DNA of 64,000 nucleotides, taken from a virus. Taxonomy: Duplodnaviria > Heunggongvirae > Uroviricota > Caudoviricetes. The position numbers were made by a program, and so were the translations under genes. Below the pieces are notes generated by a model, which was not told the origin of the DNA, did not search any database, and saw only the letters and a program-made list of their open reading frames with translations. This document shows positions 27,171-33,626 of this stretch, one piece after another. The stretch lies in the IMG/VR virus record IMGVR_UViG_3300037312_000757; one strand, written 5' to 3'. Every line of letters starts with the position of its first letter. The stretch's first letter is position 1.

Positions 27171-27890
27171 TCAGTCAAATTTCATTTTTCTACCAACCTG
27201 CCATCCATTTTGCAGGTATGATTCTAAATCTGTTTTGGCAATCTTCTTTGCCGCTTTCTCTACGATTGAGAATATCCAACAAGACCCAAACTGAGAATTT
27301 TTCTCACCTTGCTGGTGTTTGTTTTTCTCAAACGTTTTTGTTCTTTTCAGCTTTGCTTCTGAAGTGTGTGCTTTCCTTGAAGCTTCAATTTGCCGCGTTC
27401 CGCCTTTAACAAACAGGGTGTGAGCAATTGTTCCGTCGGCATGTAAGTCAGTTAAACGCTTTGCTGACGCATCCAGATGCTCCTGGTAACGTTTGGTGTC
27501 TGATTTGAACTTCTGCATACGTGCAGGGCCACCGACCTTACCAGCGTCACTTGCGGTCTTTCTTTTAAGCTCTGGGTTTTCATTTATATGATCAAACCCA
27601 CCTTCCCCACCCACTTTTAAGTTCATACAAAGCGGATCAGTCAGTTGCTCTTCGCAAACTAACTCAGCTTCTCGAGCTTTCAAGGATTTGCGATCAGGTA
27701 AAAACTCTAGAATCTCACAAACATGATTATCTTTACCATGTTTGTTAATCGAATACCAAAGCCTTTTACCGGATCCCACGTAACCGTCATTAAGGTCATC
27801 TGTGGAATGCATACCGATGTAATACTTACCAGTTACTATACACGTTGTTTTGTATATGTAATGGTATTTTCTTCTTGCTGCTTGACGCAT
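27171..27890 (-). CDS. GIY-YIG homing endonuclease (Seg-like)
   Basis: YIYKTTCIVTGKYYIGMH..YVGSG, E..E, MNLKVGG; GCTAAATA upstream. Confidence 0.88.
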   Translation of the reverse strand: MRQAARRKYHYIYKTTCIVTGKYYIGMHSTDDLNDGYVGSGKRLWYSINKHGKDNHVCEILEFLPDRKSLKAREAELVCEEQLTDPLCMNLKVGGEGGFDHINENPELKRKTASDAGKVGGPARMQKFKSDTKRYQEHLDASAKRLTDLHADGTIAHTLFVKGGTRQIEASRKAHTSEAKLKRTKTFEKNKHQQGEKNSQFGSCWIFSIVEKAAKKIAKTDLESYLQNGWQVGRKMKFD

Positions 27891-27942
27891 TTGCCAAATC
27901 TCCTTTCGGAGTATTTAGCGGAAATGCGTTGATTTTGTTCAG

Positions 27943-28017
27943 TGGCGTCCGATACGGGAGTCGAACCCGTCTTTCCAGGTTGAAAGCCTAGCGACCTAAC
28001 CGATAGTCGAATCGGAC
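27943..28017 (-). tRNA. tRNA-Glu(TTC)
   Basis: Loop CTTTCAA. Confidence 0.9.
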
Positions 28018-28026
28018 ATGAAATCT

Positions 28027-28102
28027 TGGTACTGTCAGTGGGACTTGAACCCAACATTTGCTGATTGAAAGTCAGCGGTCCTAACCTTTAGACGATGACA
28101 GT
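28027..28102 (-). tRNA. tRNA-Glu(TTC)
   Basis: Loop CTTTCAA. Confidence 0.88.
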
Positions 28103-28107
28103 ATTAA

Positions 28108-28229
28108 CAGGATGGTATTTTTTACGTGCTCCCATTACACCACAGCGGGACCCTACCCCACTGCCGGGACTCGAACCCGGACCTTTCTTTTTTCCAGAAG
28201 AATAAAATAAATTTGCTGAAACCATCCAA
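28108..28229 (-). ncRNA. circularly permuted tRNA mimic with CAGCAA handle
   Basis: GGATGGTTTCAGCAA, then T arm, closed acceptor CAGTGGG/CCCGCTG, D arm, then ACCATCCTG. Confidence 0.85.
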
Positions 28230-28235
28230 GGGTTC

Positions 28236-28325
28236 TGGCAGTGGGAATGGGATTCGAACCCATGGGGCTTTTTAGGACCCGACGCCTTTCCAAGACGTTG
28301 CAATAGACCGCTCTGCCATCCCACT
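28236..28325 (-). tRNA. tRNA-Ser(GGA)
   Basis: Loop TTGGAAA, long variable arm, G73. Confidence 0.9.
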
Positions 28326-28360
28326 ATAAATTCAAATCACCAAGCCACGAAGAAAGGCGA

Positions 28361-28552
28361 TTACGATTGTGCTGCGAAACCTTCTTCACGTGCGAATGCC
28401 ACGACGCCACGGACTGCTTCGAGTGCGAACTCACCATGGAGTCGCTCCACGCGTTCTGCGGGGGTGGTCTCACGTCCAAGAGTCTCAGGGCGAGCCAGTA
28501 CGAGCGTATGCAACGGCAGTGCGGAAACGCGTGCAAATGTCAGCGTCGTCAT
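28361..28552 (-). CDS. hypothetical protein
   Basis: AGGAG RBS. Confidence 0.5.
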   Translation of the reverse strand: MTTLTFARVSALPLHTLVLARPETLGRETTPAERVERLHGEFALEAVRGVVAFAREEGFAAQS

Positions 28553-28595
28553 GATTGCTCTCCTTGAGAAAATGGTTAAAAGGTACTACGTTAAT

Positions 28596-28687
28596 TGGCG
28601 GTAGCGGAAGGATTTGAACCTTCGGGGCTTTTTAGGACCCGCTAGTTTTCGAGGCTAGTGCAATAAACCGGACTCTGCCACGCTACC
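28596..28687 (-). tRNA. tRNA-Ser(CGA)
   Basis: Loop CTCGAAA. Confidence 0.9.
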
Positions 28688-28694
28688 ATAAAAC

Positions 28695-28895
28695 TTACTT
28701 GGTGTCTTTCGATTGCTCTTCGCGCTGTGCGCTAATGAAAATGCAACCTTCAGCACCACATCCACAGACGATATGTCGTTCACGTACAATCTTGTCTGCG
28801 TCTTTGATTTCACCACGGTTACGAAGTGAATTGAAAACTTCCGTTGTATGGCGTGCTGCTGCCATATCTTTCTGCGATAAGCGTCTTCCGCTCAT
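28695..28895 (-). CDS. hypothetical protein (CGCG..GC)
   Basis: ORF between Ser tRNAs. Confidence 0.55.
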   Translation of the reverse strand: MSGRRLSQKDMAAARHTTEVFNSLRNRGEIKDADKIVRERHIVCGCGAEGCIFISAQREEQSKDTK

Positions 28896-28912
28896 ATCGT
28901 TCTCGTTATTAG

Positions 28913-29002
28913 TGGAGGAAGGTAAGGGATTCGAACCCTTGGGGCTTTTTAGGACCCGACTGTTTAGCAAACAGTTACAATAGACCGCTCTGCCAACCTT
29001 CC
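28913..29002 (-). tRNA. tRNA-Ser(GCT)
   Basis: Loop TTGCTAA. Confidence 0.9.
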
Positions 29003-29012
29003 ATTTAAAACT

Positions 29013-29108
29013 TGGTAGTCCCCCAGGGATTCGAACCCTGCCGTCGCAGCCCATCTAGCCGCTCTCCCGAGGATATAAATCTCAGCCGCTCAACCAGAGC
29101 TAAGGACC
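29013..29108 (-). tRNA. tRNA-Ile(TAT)-like with long variable arm
   Basis: GGTCCTT acceptor, A73, loop TTTATAT. Confidence 0.65.
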
Positions 29109-29119
29109 ACTGCAAAAAT

Positions 29120-29197
29120 TGGAGCTCCGAGCTAGATTCGAACTAGCGGTTTTACTGCTTTGCAGGCAGTTGCCTTGGACCTCTCGGCCATCGGAGC
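29120..29197 (-). tRNA. tRNA-Cys(GCA)
   Basis: Loop CTGCAAA. Confidence 0.9.
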
Positions 29198-29206
29198 GTT
29201 GAAAAC

Positions 29207-29282
29207 TGGAGCGGGTAACGGGGTTCGAACCCGTGACGTCTTGCTTGGCAAGCAAGTACTCTACCAACTGAGCTACACCCGC
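29207..29282 (-). tRNA. tRNA-Gly(GCC)
   Basis: Loop TTGCCAA, U73. Confidence 0.92.
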
Positions 29283-29293
29283 ATGGTGTATAA

Positions 29294-29356
29294 CTGGATG
29301 CACTTTAACGAGGTCAGATTAACGGTCTGGTGTTTGAAGTTGCTGTAGGCATCCAA
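29294..29356 (-). ncRNA. minimal CAGCAA-handle RNA
   Basis: GGATGCCTACAGCAA..GTGCATCCAG. Confidence 0.8.
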
Positions 29357-29362
29357 AACTGA

Positions 29363-29414
29363 CAGGAAGCACTTAGTCATGTAAGAAATGAGTAAGATTG
29401 CTGTAGGCTTCCTA
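29363..29414 (-). ncRNA. minimal CAGCAA-handle RNA
   Basis: GGAAGCCTACAGCAA..GTGCTTCCTG (compensatory change). Confidence 0.8.
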
Positions 29415-29426
29415 AAACTTGAATTC

Positions 29427-29681
29427 TTATAACAATCAGCACTAGGTTTGCAGTTTACCGCAGTGGAGGAATTAACTCACGGTGATCAAGCCGTTACTTC
29501 ATTCCATTCTCACGACCAAACTCAGGACCAAACAAGGAGGCGCGTCGGGGGCTCCCGAAACTCGTAAGCGGCTTAACTTCAGTGTGATACACTGTCCACA
29601 CATACCTACCCTTGCCCTCTGAGCGCTTTACCACTTGCACTGCAAAAACGGCCAGTTACTTCCTAACGCTGACTGCTATAA
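29427..29681 (-). ncRNA. ~255-nt structured RNA with 20-bp closing stem
   Basis: TTATAGCAGTCAGCGTTAGG pairs with CCTAGTGCTGATTGTTATAA; promoter TTGCAT-N16-TATCAT at 29687-29714. Confidence 0.7.
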
Positions 29682-29722
29682 AAACTATGATACACTTTGT
29701 TGCCATTTATGCAACAGAAAAC

Positions 29723-29814
29723 TGGCAGAGCTGCAAGGAATCGAACCCTATTGACTACCACCCACCGATTATTAAAGTCGCTGGTTTTGGAGACCAGTAG
29801 CGGGGAACAGCTCT
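29723..29814 (-). tRNA. tRNA-Trp(CCA) lacking D arm, expanded variable region
   Basis: AGAGCTG/CAGCTCT-G-CCA; loop CTCCAAA; only 10 nt between acceptor and anticodon stem. Confidence 0.75.
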
Positions 29815-29840
29815 GTTGAAAACTTGATACTACTAAAACT

Positions 29841-29917
29841 TGGTAGGGGCGGAGAGATTCGAACTCTCGACTTCCTGATTAAGAGTCAGGCACTCTGGCC
29901 AACTGAGTTACACCCCC
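29841..29917 (-). tRNA. tRNA-Lys(CTT)
   Basis: Loop CTCTTAA. Confidence 0.9.
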
Positions 29918-29924
29918 ATTGAAA

Positions 29925-30055
29925 TACCATTTGATGTGATCCCCATCACATCACCTGTTGAACACGATTCTGAAGCTACTTGCACATATAACGCTGAGTA
30001 GGCGTCACGTGCTTTTACTTACCGTGGGTGATCAGGTTAACCATATCAAATGGTA
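29925..30055 (-). ncRNA. ~130-nt stem-closed RNA
   Basis: TACCATTTGAT terminal inverted repeat. Confidence 0.55.
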
Positions 30056-30067
30056 CTTACGGAAACT

Positions 30068-30144
30068 TGGTGGGGGCACTGGGATTCGAACCCAAGCCTG
30101 ACGGATTAAAAGTCCGCTGTGCTAACCGCTAACACCATACCCCC
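30068..30144 (-). tRNA. tRNA-Lys(TTT)
   Basis: Loop CTTTTAA. Confidence 0.9.
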
Positions 30145-30150
30145 ATTGAC

Positions 30151-30225
30151 TGGTTGGGGCAGTGGGGATCGAACCCACGACCTTGAGATTAAGAGTCTCA
30201 TGCTCTACCGCTGAGCTATACCCCA
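30151..30225 (-). tRNA. tRNA-Lys(CTT)
   Basis: Loop CTCTTAA. Confidence 0.9.
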
Positions 30226-30245
30226 GTAAACTGGACTACAGAATC

Positions 30246-30380
30246 AGTAAGCTGGTACTTTCAATCAAGTACAGTGTACAGCTTACGACTCCCATGACTA
30301 CATTTTTGTCTGGGAGTCGTCGAACTTAATCTGCTACGACTCCCAGAAGTTTCGATGATTTTCGTTTCATCACAAACTCC
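30246..30380 (-). promoter_or_regulatory. leader-peptide RNA switch (MKRKSSKLLGVVAD, 30326-30370)
   Basis: AGGAG RBS; mutually exclusive 1:2, 2:3 and 3:4 helices. Confidence 0.65.
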
Positions 30381-30571
30381 TAAAGAGAAAATTAAATTAA
30401 AGTGTCCGAAAAATGTACACAAATTTCGGACAAAACCAACAACAAAGCCTGCATTTCCATCAGAGCACTTGCAAAAGCAAATGGTGATTCACGCAACTAG
30501 ACGTGATGGACTGGTTTAGCTCAAAGGCCAACCTAGGAGTATCAGGTCCCACCTATGGTTATTGGTAAACT

Positions 30572-30648
30572 TGGTTGCGCGAAGCAGGAGTCGAACCTGA
30601 TATCACCAGCTTATGAGACTGGTATGTAAACCGTTTCACTCTCGCGCG
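30572..30648 (-). tRNA. tRNA-Met(CAT), initiator-like C1:A72
   Basis: Loop CTCATAA. Confidence 0.8.
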
Positions 30649-30656
30649 AAACTTGT

Positions 30657-30737
30657 TGGTACCCCGCAAGAGATTCGAACTCTCACCCGAAGACCGGAAC
30701 CTAAATCCGGCGCGTCTACCAATTTCGCCAACGGGGC
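30657..30737 (-). tRNA. tRNA-Leu(TAG)
   Basis: Loop TTTAGGT. Confidence 0.9.
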
Positions 30738-30772
30738 ATCAATGCAGACCTACTAACGTCTGCACGAAATAC

Positions 30773-30850
30773 TGGTTGCGGAGAGATGGATTCGAACCAT
30801 CGACCTCCAGCTTATGAGGCTGGCGAGCTACCGGGCTGCTCTATCCCGCA
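30773..30850 (-). tRNA. tRNA-Met(CAT), fMet-like D arm
   Basis: AGAGCAGCCCGGTAGCTCG; loop CTCATAA. Confidence 0.85.
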
Positions 30851-30859
30851 ATTGAATTC

Positions 30860-30935
30860 TGGTTGTCAGTACTGGACTTGAACCAGTGACCTATCGCTTA
30901 TCAAGCGAGTGCTCTACCAACTGAGCTAACCGACA
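30860..30935 (-). tRNA. tRNA-Ile(GAT)
   Basis: Loop TTGATAA. Confidence 0.9.
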
Positions 30936-30939
30936 ATTG

Positions 30940-31168
30940 TCGCATCGCACTCGCTAAGGGCAACATTAAGCATCCACGCGCTAGAACAAGTTCCTGGCGT
31001 ATTCTCCGAATGTCATCCCTTACCAGCCATCATGCGCTGCAATGCATTTGCGCATAATGGACGAGATGCTACGTCCCTAACTGTAACCAAGTCTATTACC
31101 AACAAAACGTAGCAATACTGTTGGCACACATTGGCTCTGTTACAGCCCAGCAAGTTACCCTGCTAGTT
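30940..31168 (-). ncRNA. putative ~230-nt multi-hairpin RNA
   Basis: Promoter TTGCAA-N16-TACAAT (31175-31202), no ORF, several hairpins. Confidence 0.45.
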
Positions 31169-31210
31169 TGTTGCATTGTACAGCTTTTGCCATACTTTGC
31201 AAACACAACA

Positions 31211-31284
31211 TGGTTGTTCCAGAAAGAATCGAACTTTCGTTAATGGCTTATCAAGCCACCGTTCTACCATTGAACTATGGAACA
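31211..31284 (-). tRNA. tRNA-Ile(GAT)
   Basis: Loop TTGATAA. Confidence 0.88.
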
Positions 31285-31294
31285 ATTGAATTCT

Positions 31295-31369
31295 TGGTGG
31301 TTATAGATGGAGTCGAACCATCATTACCGGCTTATGAGACCAGTGTCCTAGCCATTGAACGATATAACC
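31295..31369 (-). tRNA. tRNA(CAT), elongator Met or Ile2
   Basis: Loop CTCATAA, G1:C72. Confidence 0.8.
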
Positions 31370-31373
31370 ATAA

Positions 31374-31429
31374 CTGGATGCACTTACGTTTTCACCGAAA
31401 GAAAGTATAAGATTGCTGTAGGCATCCAA
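31374..31429 (-). ncRNA. minimal CAGCAA-handle RNA
   Basis: GGATGCCTACAGCAA..GTGCATCCAG. Confidence 0.8.
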
Positions 31430-31449
31430 AACGGGTATTCGACATCAAA

Positions 31450-31557
31450 CTACCAAAAGTAGCGATACAACCAACCACTTTCTTGTTTATCAGTCATACA
31501 TTCGATTGGCGCTAATTCCCACACATCATTTTCAGTTCTGCGTCGAAATAACTGCAT
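31450..31557 (-). CDS. small protein (35 aa)
   Basis: AGGAG RBS; MQLFRRRTENDVWELAPIECMTDKQESGWLYRYFW. Confidence 0.5.
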   Translation of the reverse strand: MQLFRRRTENDVWELAPIECMTDKQESGWLYRYFW

Positions 31558-31575
31558 ACCAATCTCTCCTAAATG

Positions 31576-31650
31576 TGGCTCCAGAACCAGGGATCGAACC
31601 TGGGACCAACGCATTAACAGTGCGCTGCTCTACCGCTGAGCTATTCTGGA
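31576..31650 (-). tRNA. tRNA-Asn(GTT)
   Basis: Loop CTGTTAA. Confidence 0.92.
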
Positions 31651-31751
31651 ATTGAAACAGGACTGCATCGCGTACTCAGGCATTCGACACATTCAAATGC
31701 TTTCCTTTCCTTACTCTGCGGAATACCGCTAGAGATGATGCAGCAAAAACT

Positions 31752-31830
31752 TGGCTCCGCACACTGGGATCGAACCAGTCTAGCCACTGATTAACAGTCA
31801 GGTCCATGCACCTTGCTCGGATTCTGCGGA
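31752..31830 (-). tRNA. tRNA-Asn(GTT), atypical D arm
   Basis: Loop CTGTTAA. Confidence 0.82.
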
Positions 31831-31849
31831 ACTGTCATACAACAAAACT

Positions 31850-31925
31850 TGGTGCCTGGAGACGGAATCGAACCGCCGACACCCTGATCTTCAGTCAAGT
31901 GCTCTACCAACTGAGCTACCCAGGC
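31850..31925 (-). tRNA. tRNA-Phe(GAA), G37
   Basis: Loop CTGAAGA. Confidence 0.9.
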
Positions 31926-31996
31926 AAAGACCATAACGATGAGAACCTAACACACGCCTTAGCAGTGCGTACCCGCTCAACGTTACGATCAAAATT

Positions 31997-32071
31997 TGGC
32001 GATGCGTAGGGGATTCGAACCCCTGACTCCCGGCTAGACAGGCCAGTACTCTACCGCTGAGTTAACGCACC
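31997..32071 (-). tRNA. tRNA-Asp(GTC), U37
   Basis: Loop CTGTCTA. Confidence 0.88.
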
Positions 32072-32128
32072 ATGCGGGAGCAGCTTCTACTCCCCGCGCC
32101 CTGCTGTCGAAACAACAGGACTAAAACT

Positions 32129-32203
32129 TGGCGACCCTACGGAGAATCGAACTCCGTTCCCCAGATAGACAGTCTAGGATAATAACCAATATAAGATAGG
32201 GCC
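32129..32203 (-). tRNA. tRNA-Asp(GTC), U37
   Basis: Loop CTGTCTA. Confidence 0.85.
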
Positions 32204-32211
32204 GTGAAACT

Positions 32212-32299
32212 TGGTGAAGTGTGAAGGAATCGAACCTAATAACCAACCACCCCAGTATCATGGTAACGGGTTTACAATCCGCTCTGGGGAACACACTCC
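32212..32299 (-). tRNA. tRNA-Tyr(GTA) lacking D arm
   Basis: GGAGTGT/ACACTTC-A-CCA; loop TTGTAAA; GTTCCCCAGA replaces D arm. Confidence 0.75.
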
Positions 32300-32315
32300 A
32301 TTAAAACTTGTGCAA

Positions 32316-32468
32316 TTTGCTTTGCTCATCCGGGTGGGATCGAACCACCTTTTTATCCTCGAACATTTAGGCGCATTCGATAGCAACACGCTGGAATTAC
32401 GCTACCTTTAGCAGTCTTCTTCTGCGCTTCGGCCGAATAACCTGCGCAGTGCGGATGATAAAAGCAAA
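32316..32468 (-). ncRNA. ~155-nt RNA with T arm and extended acceptor-like stem, no CCA
   Basis: TCATCCG/CGGATGA; GGTGG-TTCGATC-CCACC. Confidence 0.65.
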
Positions 32469-32479
32469 CTACTGAAACT

Positions 32480-32563
32480 TGGTGGAGGATCCAGGATTCG
32501 AACCTGGGAACCCGAAGGAACGGATTTACAGTCCGCCGGCTTTAACCACTCACCCAACCCTCC
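32480..32563 (-). tRNA. tRNA-Tyr(GTA)
   Basis: Loop CTGTAAA, long variable arm. Confidence 0.92.
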
Positions 32564-32632
32564 ATTGCAACTTTACAACAAATGAAACACAAGTGCCTGC
32601 ATAGCTGTTATCCTCTTGTTTCATTTTACATC

Positions 32633-32722
32633 TGGCGGAAGCGGTGAGATTCGAACTCACGGACCTTTTTAGGGATCGACGGTTTTCAAGACCGCTGCCT
32701 TAACCCACTCAGCCACGCTTCC
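32633..32722 (-). tRNA. tRNA-Ser(TGA)
   Basis: Loop CTTGAAA. Confidence 0.92.
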
Positions 32723-32730
32723 ATTAATTC

Positions 32731-32804
32731 TGGCAGGAGCGCCAGGGTTCGAACCTGAACTACGTGAGTCAAAGTCACGGGTGCTACCATTACACTACGC
32801 TCCA
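32731..32804 (-). tRNA. tRNA-Gln(TTG)
   Basis: Loop CTTTGAC. Confidence 0.9.
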
Positions 32805-33067
32805 ACAGCGCTTACAAAGCTGATTACAACCACGGGTTTGAACCGCGATCAACTTAGTAAGCAACCTGCACAACGGTTCAGCACAAACATCATGCTGCTG
32901 CGTCATGCAGTTGTGTCTAGGCCTAATTGCCCTAGACTGACGGATTTTATACATTCGTTTGCAAACGAATCTTCATCCTCGCCGCCGCCCATTTAGCCAG
33001 TTTTTACGTGCGCGCCTGGGATCTCGTTTCCCGTCTACACGTTACTACAAAGAACATTGATGCCTTA

Positions 33068-33154
33068 AAACACGAAACCCCGGAAACTTTCGTTTACCGG
33101 GGTGCCTTGTTGTTGAGACTGCGCTAACTTATGCGCTGCCTCCTTGGCACCCCT
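33068..33154 (-). terminator. attenuator: terminator with overlapping antiterminator
   Basis: CCCCGG-TAAACGAAAGTTT-CCGGGG-TTTCGTGTTTT; GGGGTGCC in leader pairs with GGCACCCC. Confidence 0.85.
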
Positions 33155-33269
33155 TCCAATCTGACAGACTAATGCTATTCTTCTCACCATTACCGAGCCA
33201 ATAAGCTACAGGCATGGACGCTTTCTGTCCTTGCTGCTGCTCTGGTCGATAAAAGTTAAATGAATGCAT
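33129..33269 (-). CDS. attenuator leader peptide (46 aa)
   Basis: GAGG RBS; MHSFNFYRPEQQQGQKASMPVAYWLGNGEKNSISLSDWKGCQGGSA. Confidence 0.75.
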   Translation of the reverse strand: MHSFNFYRPEQQQGQKASMPVAYWLGNGEKNSISLSDWKGCQGGSA

Positions 33270-33327
33270 TTCGTCCTCAAAAAGGAAGTTAGTTAAACAA
33301 CACGCCGTTCATTACAGCGTGCATCGT

Positions 33328-33356
33328 ACTCTAAATCTACTGCTTTGCGAAGTCAA
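33328..33356 (-). promoter_or_regulatory. sigma70 promoter of leader/tRNA array
   Basis: TTGACT-N17-TAGAGT. Confidence 0.75.
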
Positions 33357-33423
33357 CAACTTTTTGTGACAACGCGGAAATCTTTTTGTTGCGCGCAACA
33401 CTGTTCGCTGCAACATGTTTCAC

Positions 33424-33539
33424 ATTCTATTTAGCAAACTATGGCAAGTCAATAACTTTTTAACCATCTTGCTAAACTTTTTGCAAACGCTGCATCAGCA
33501 ACGTGTTCACATTCTATTTAGCAAACTGACATCAGTTAA
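33424..33539 (-). promoter_or_regulatory. two repeated sigma70 promoters overlapping GCTAAATA
   Basis: TTGACT-N17-TAGAAT and TTAACT-N17-TAGAAT; 20-bp direct repeat cacattctatttagcaaact. Confidence 0.7.
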
Positions 33540-33626
33540 TAACTTTGTTGCCACTTTTTGCTGCACTGCTCTGTTCCGCAGCGCATGTTCGTACTATACG
33601 GCATGCCATTCCAGGCGTCAAATATA

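Noticed and set aside
29427-29681. RNase P RNA or tmRNA
   Set aside because: The RNase P GAGGAAAGUCC and terminal conserved regions are not recognisable; there is no Ala-type TLD with CCA and no tag ORF.
31656-31750. Hammerhead ribozyme in a three-way junction between the Asn tRNAs
   Set aside because: CUGAGUA breaks the CUGANGA core and stem I is missing. It remains only a possible small structured spacer.
21930-32996. ORFs overlapping tRNA genes (e.g. 23629-24024, 24616-24987, 29100-29303)
   Set aside because: They translate tRNA sequence (recurrent VGSNP/GSIP peptides) and are not credible proteins.
32805-33060. Additional tRNA in the spacer after the attenuator
   Set aside because: A GGUUCAAACC T-like patch and hairpins are present, but there is no acceptor stem or CCA.
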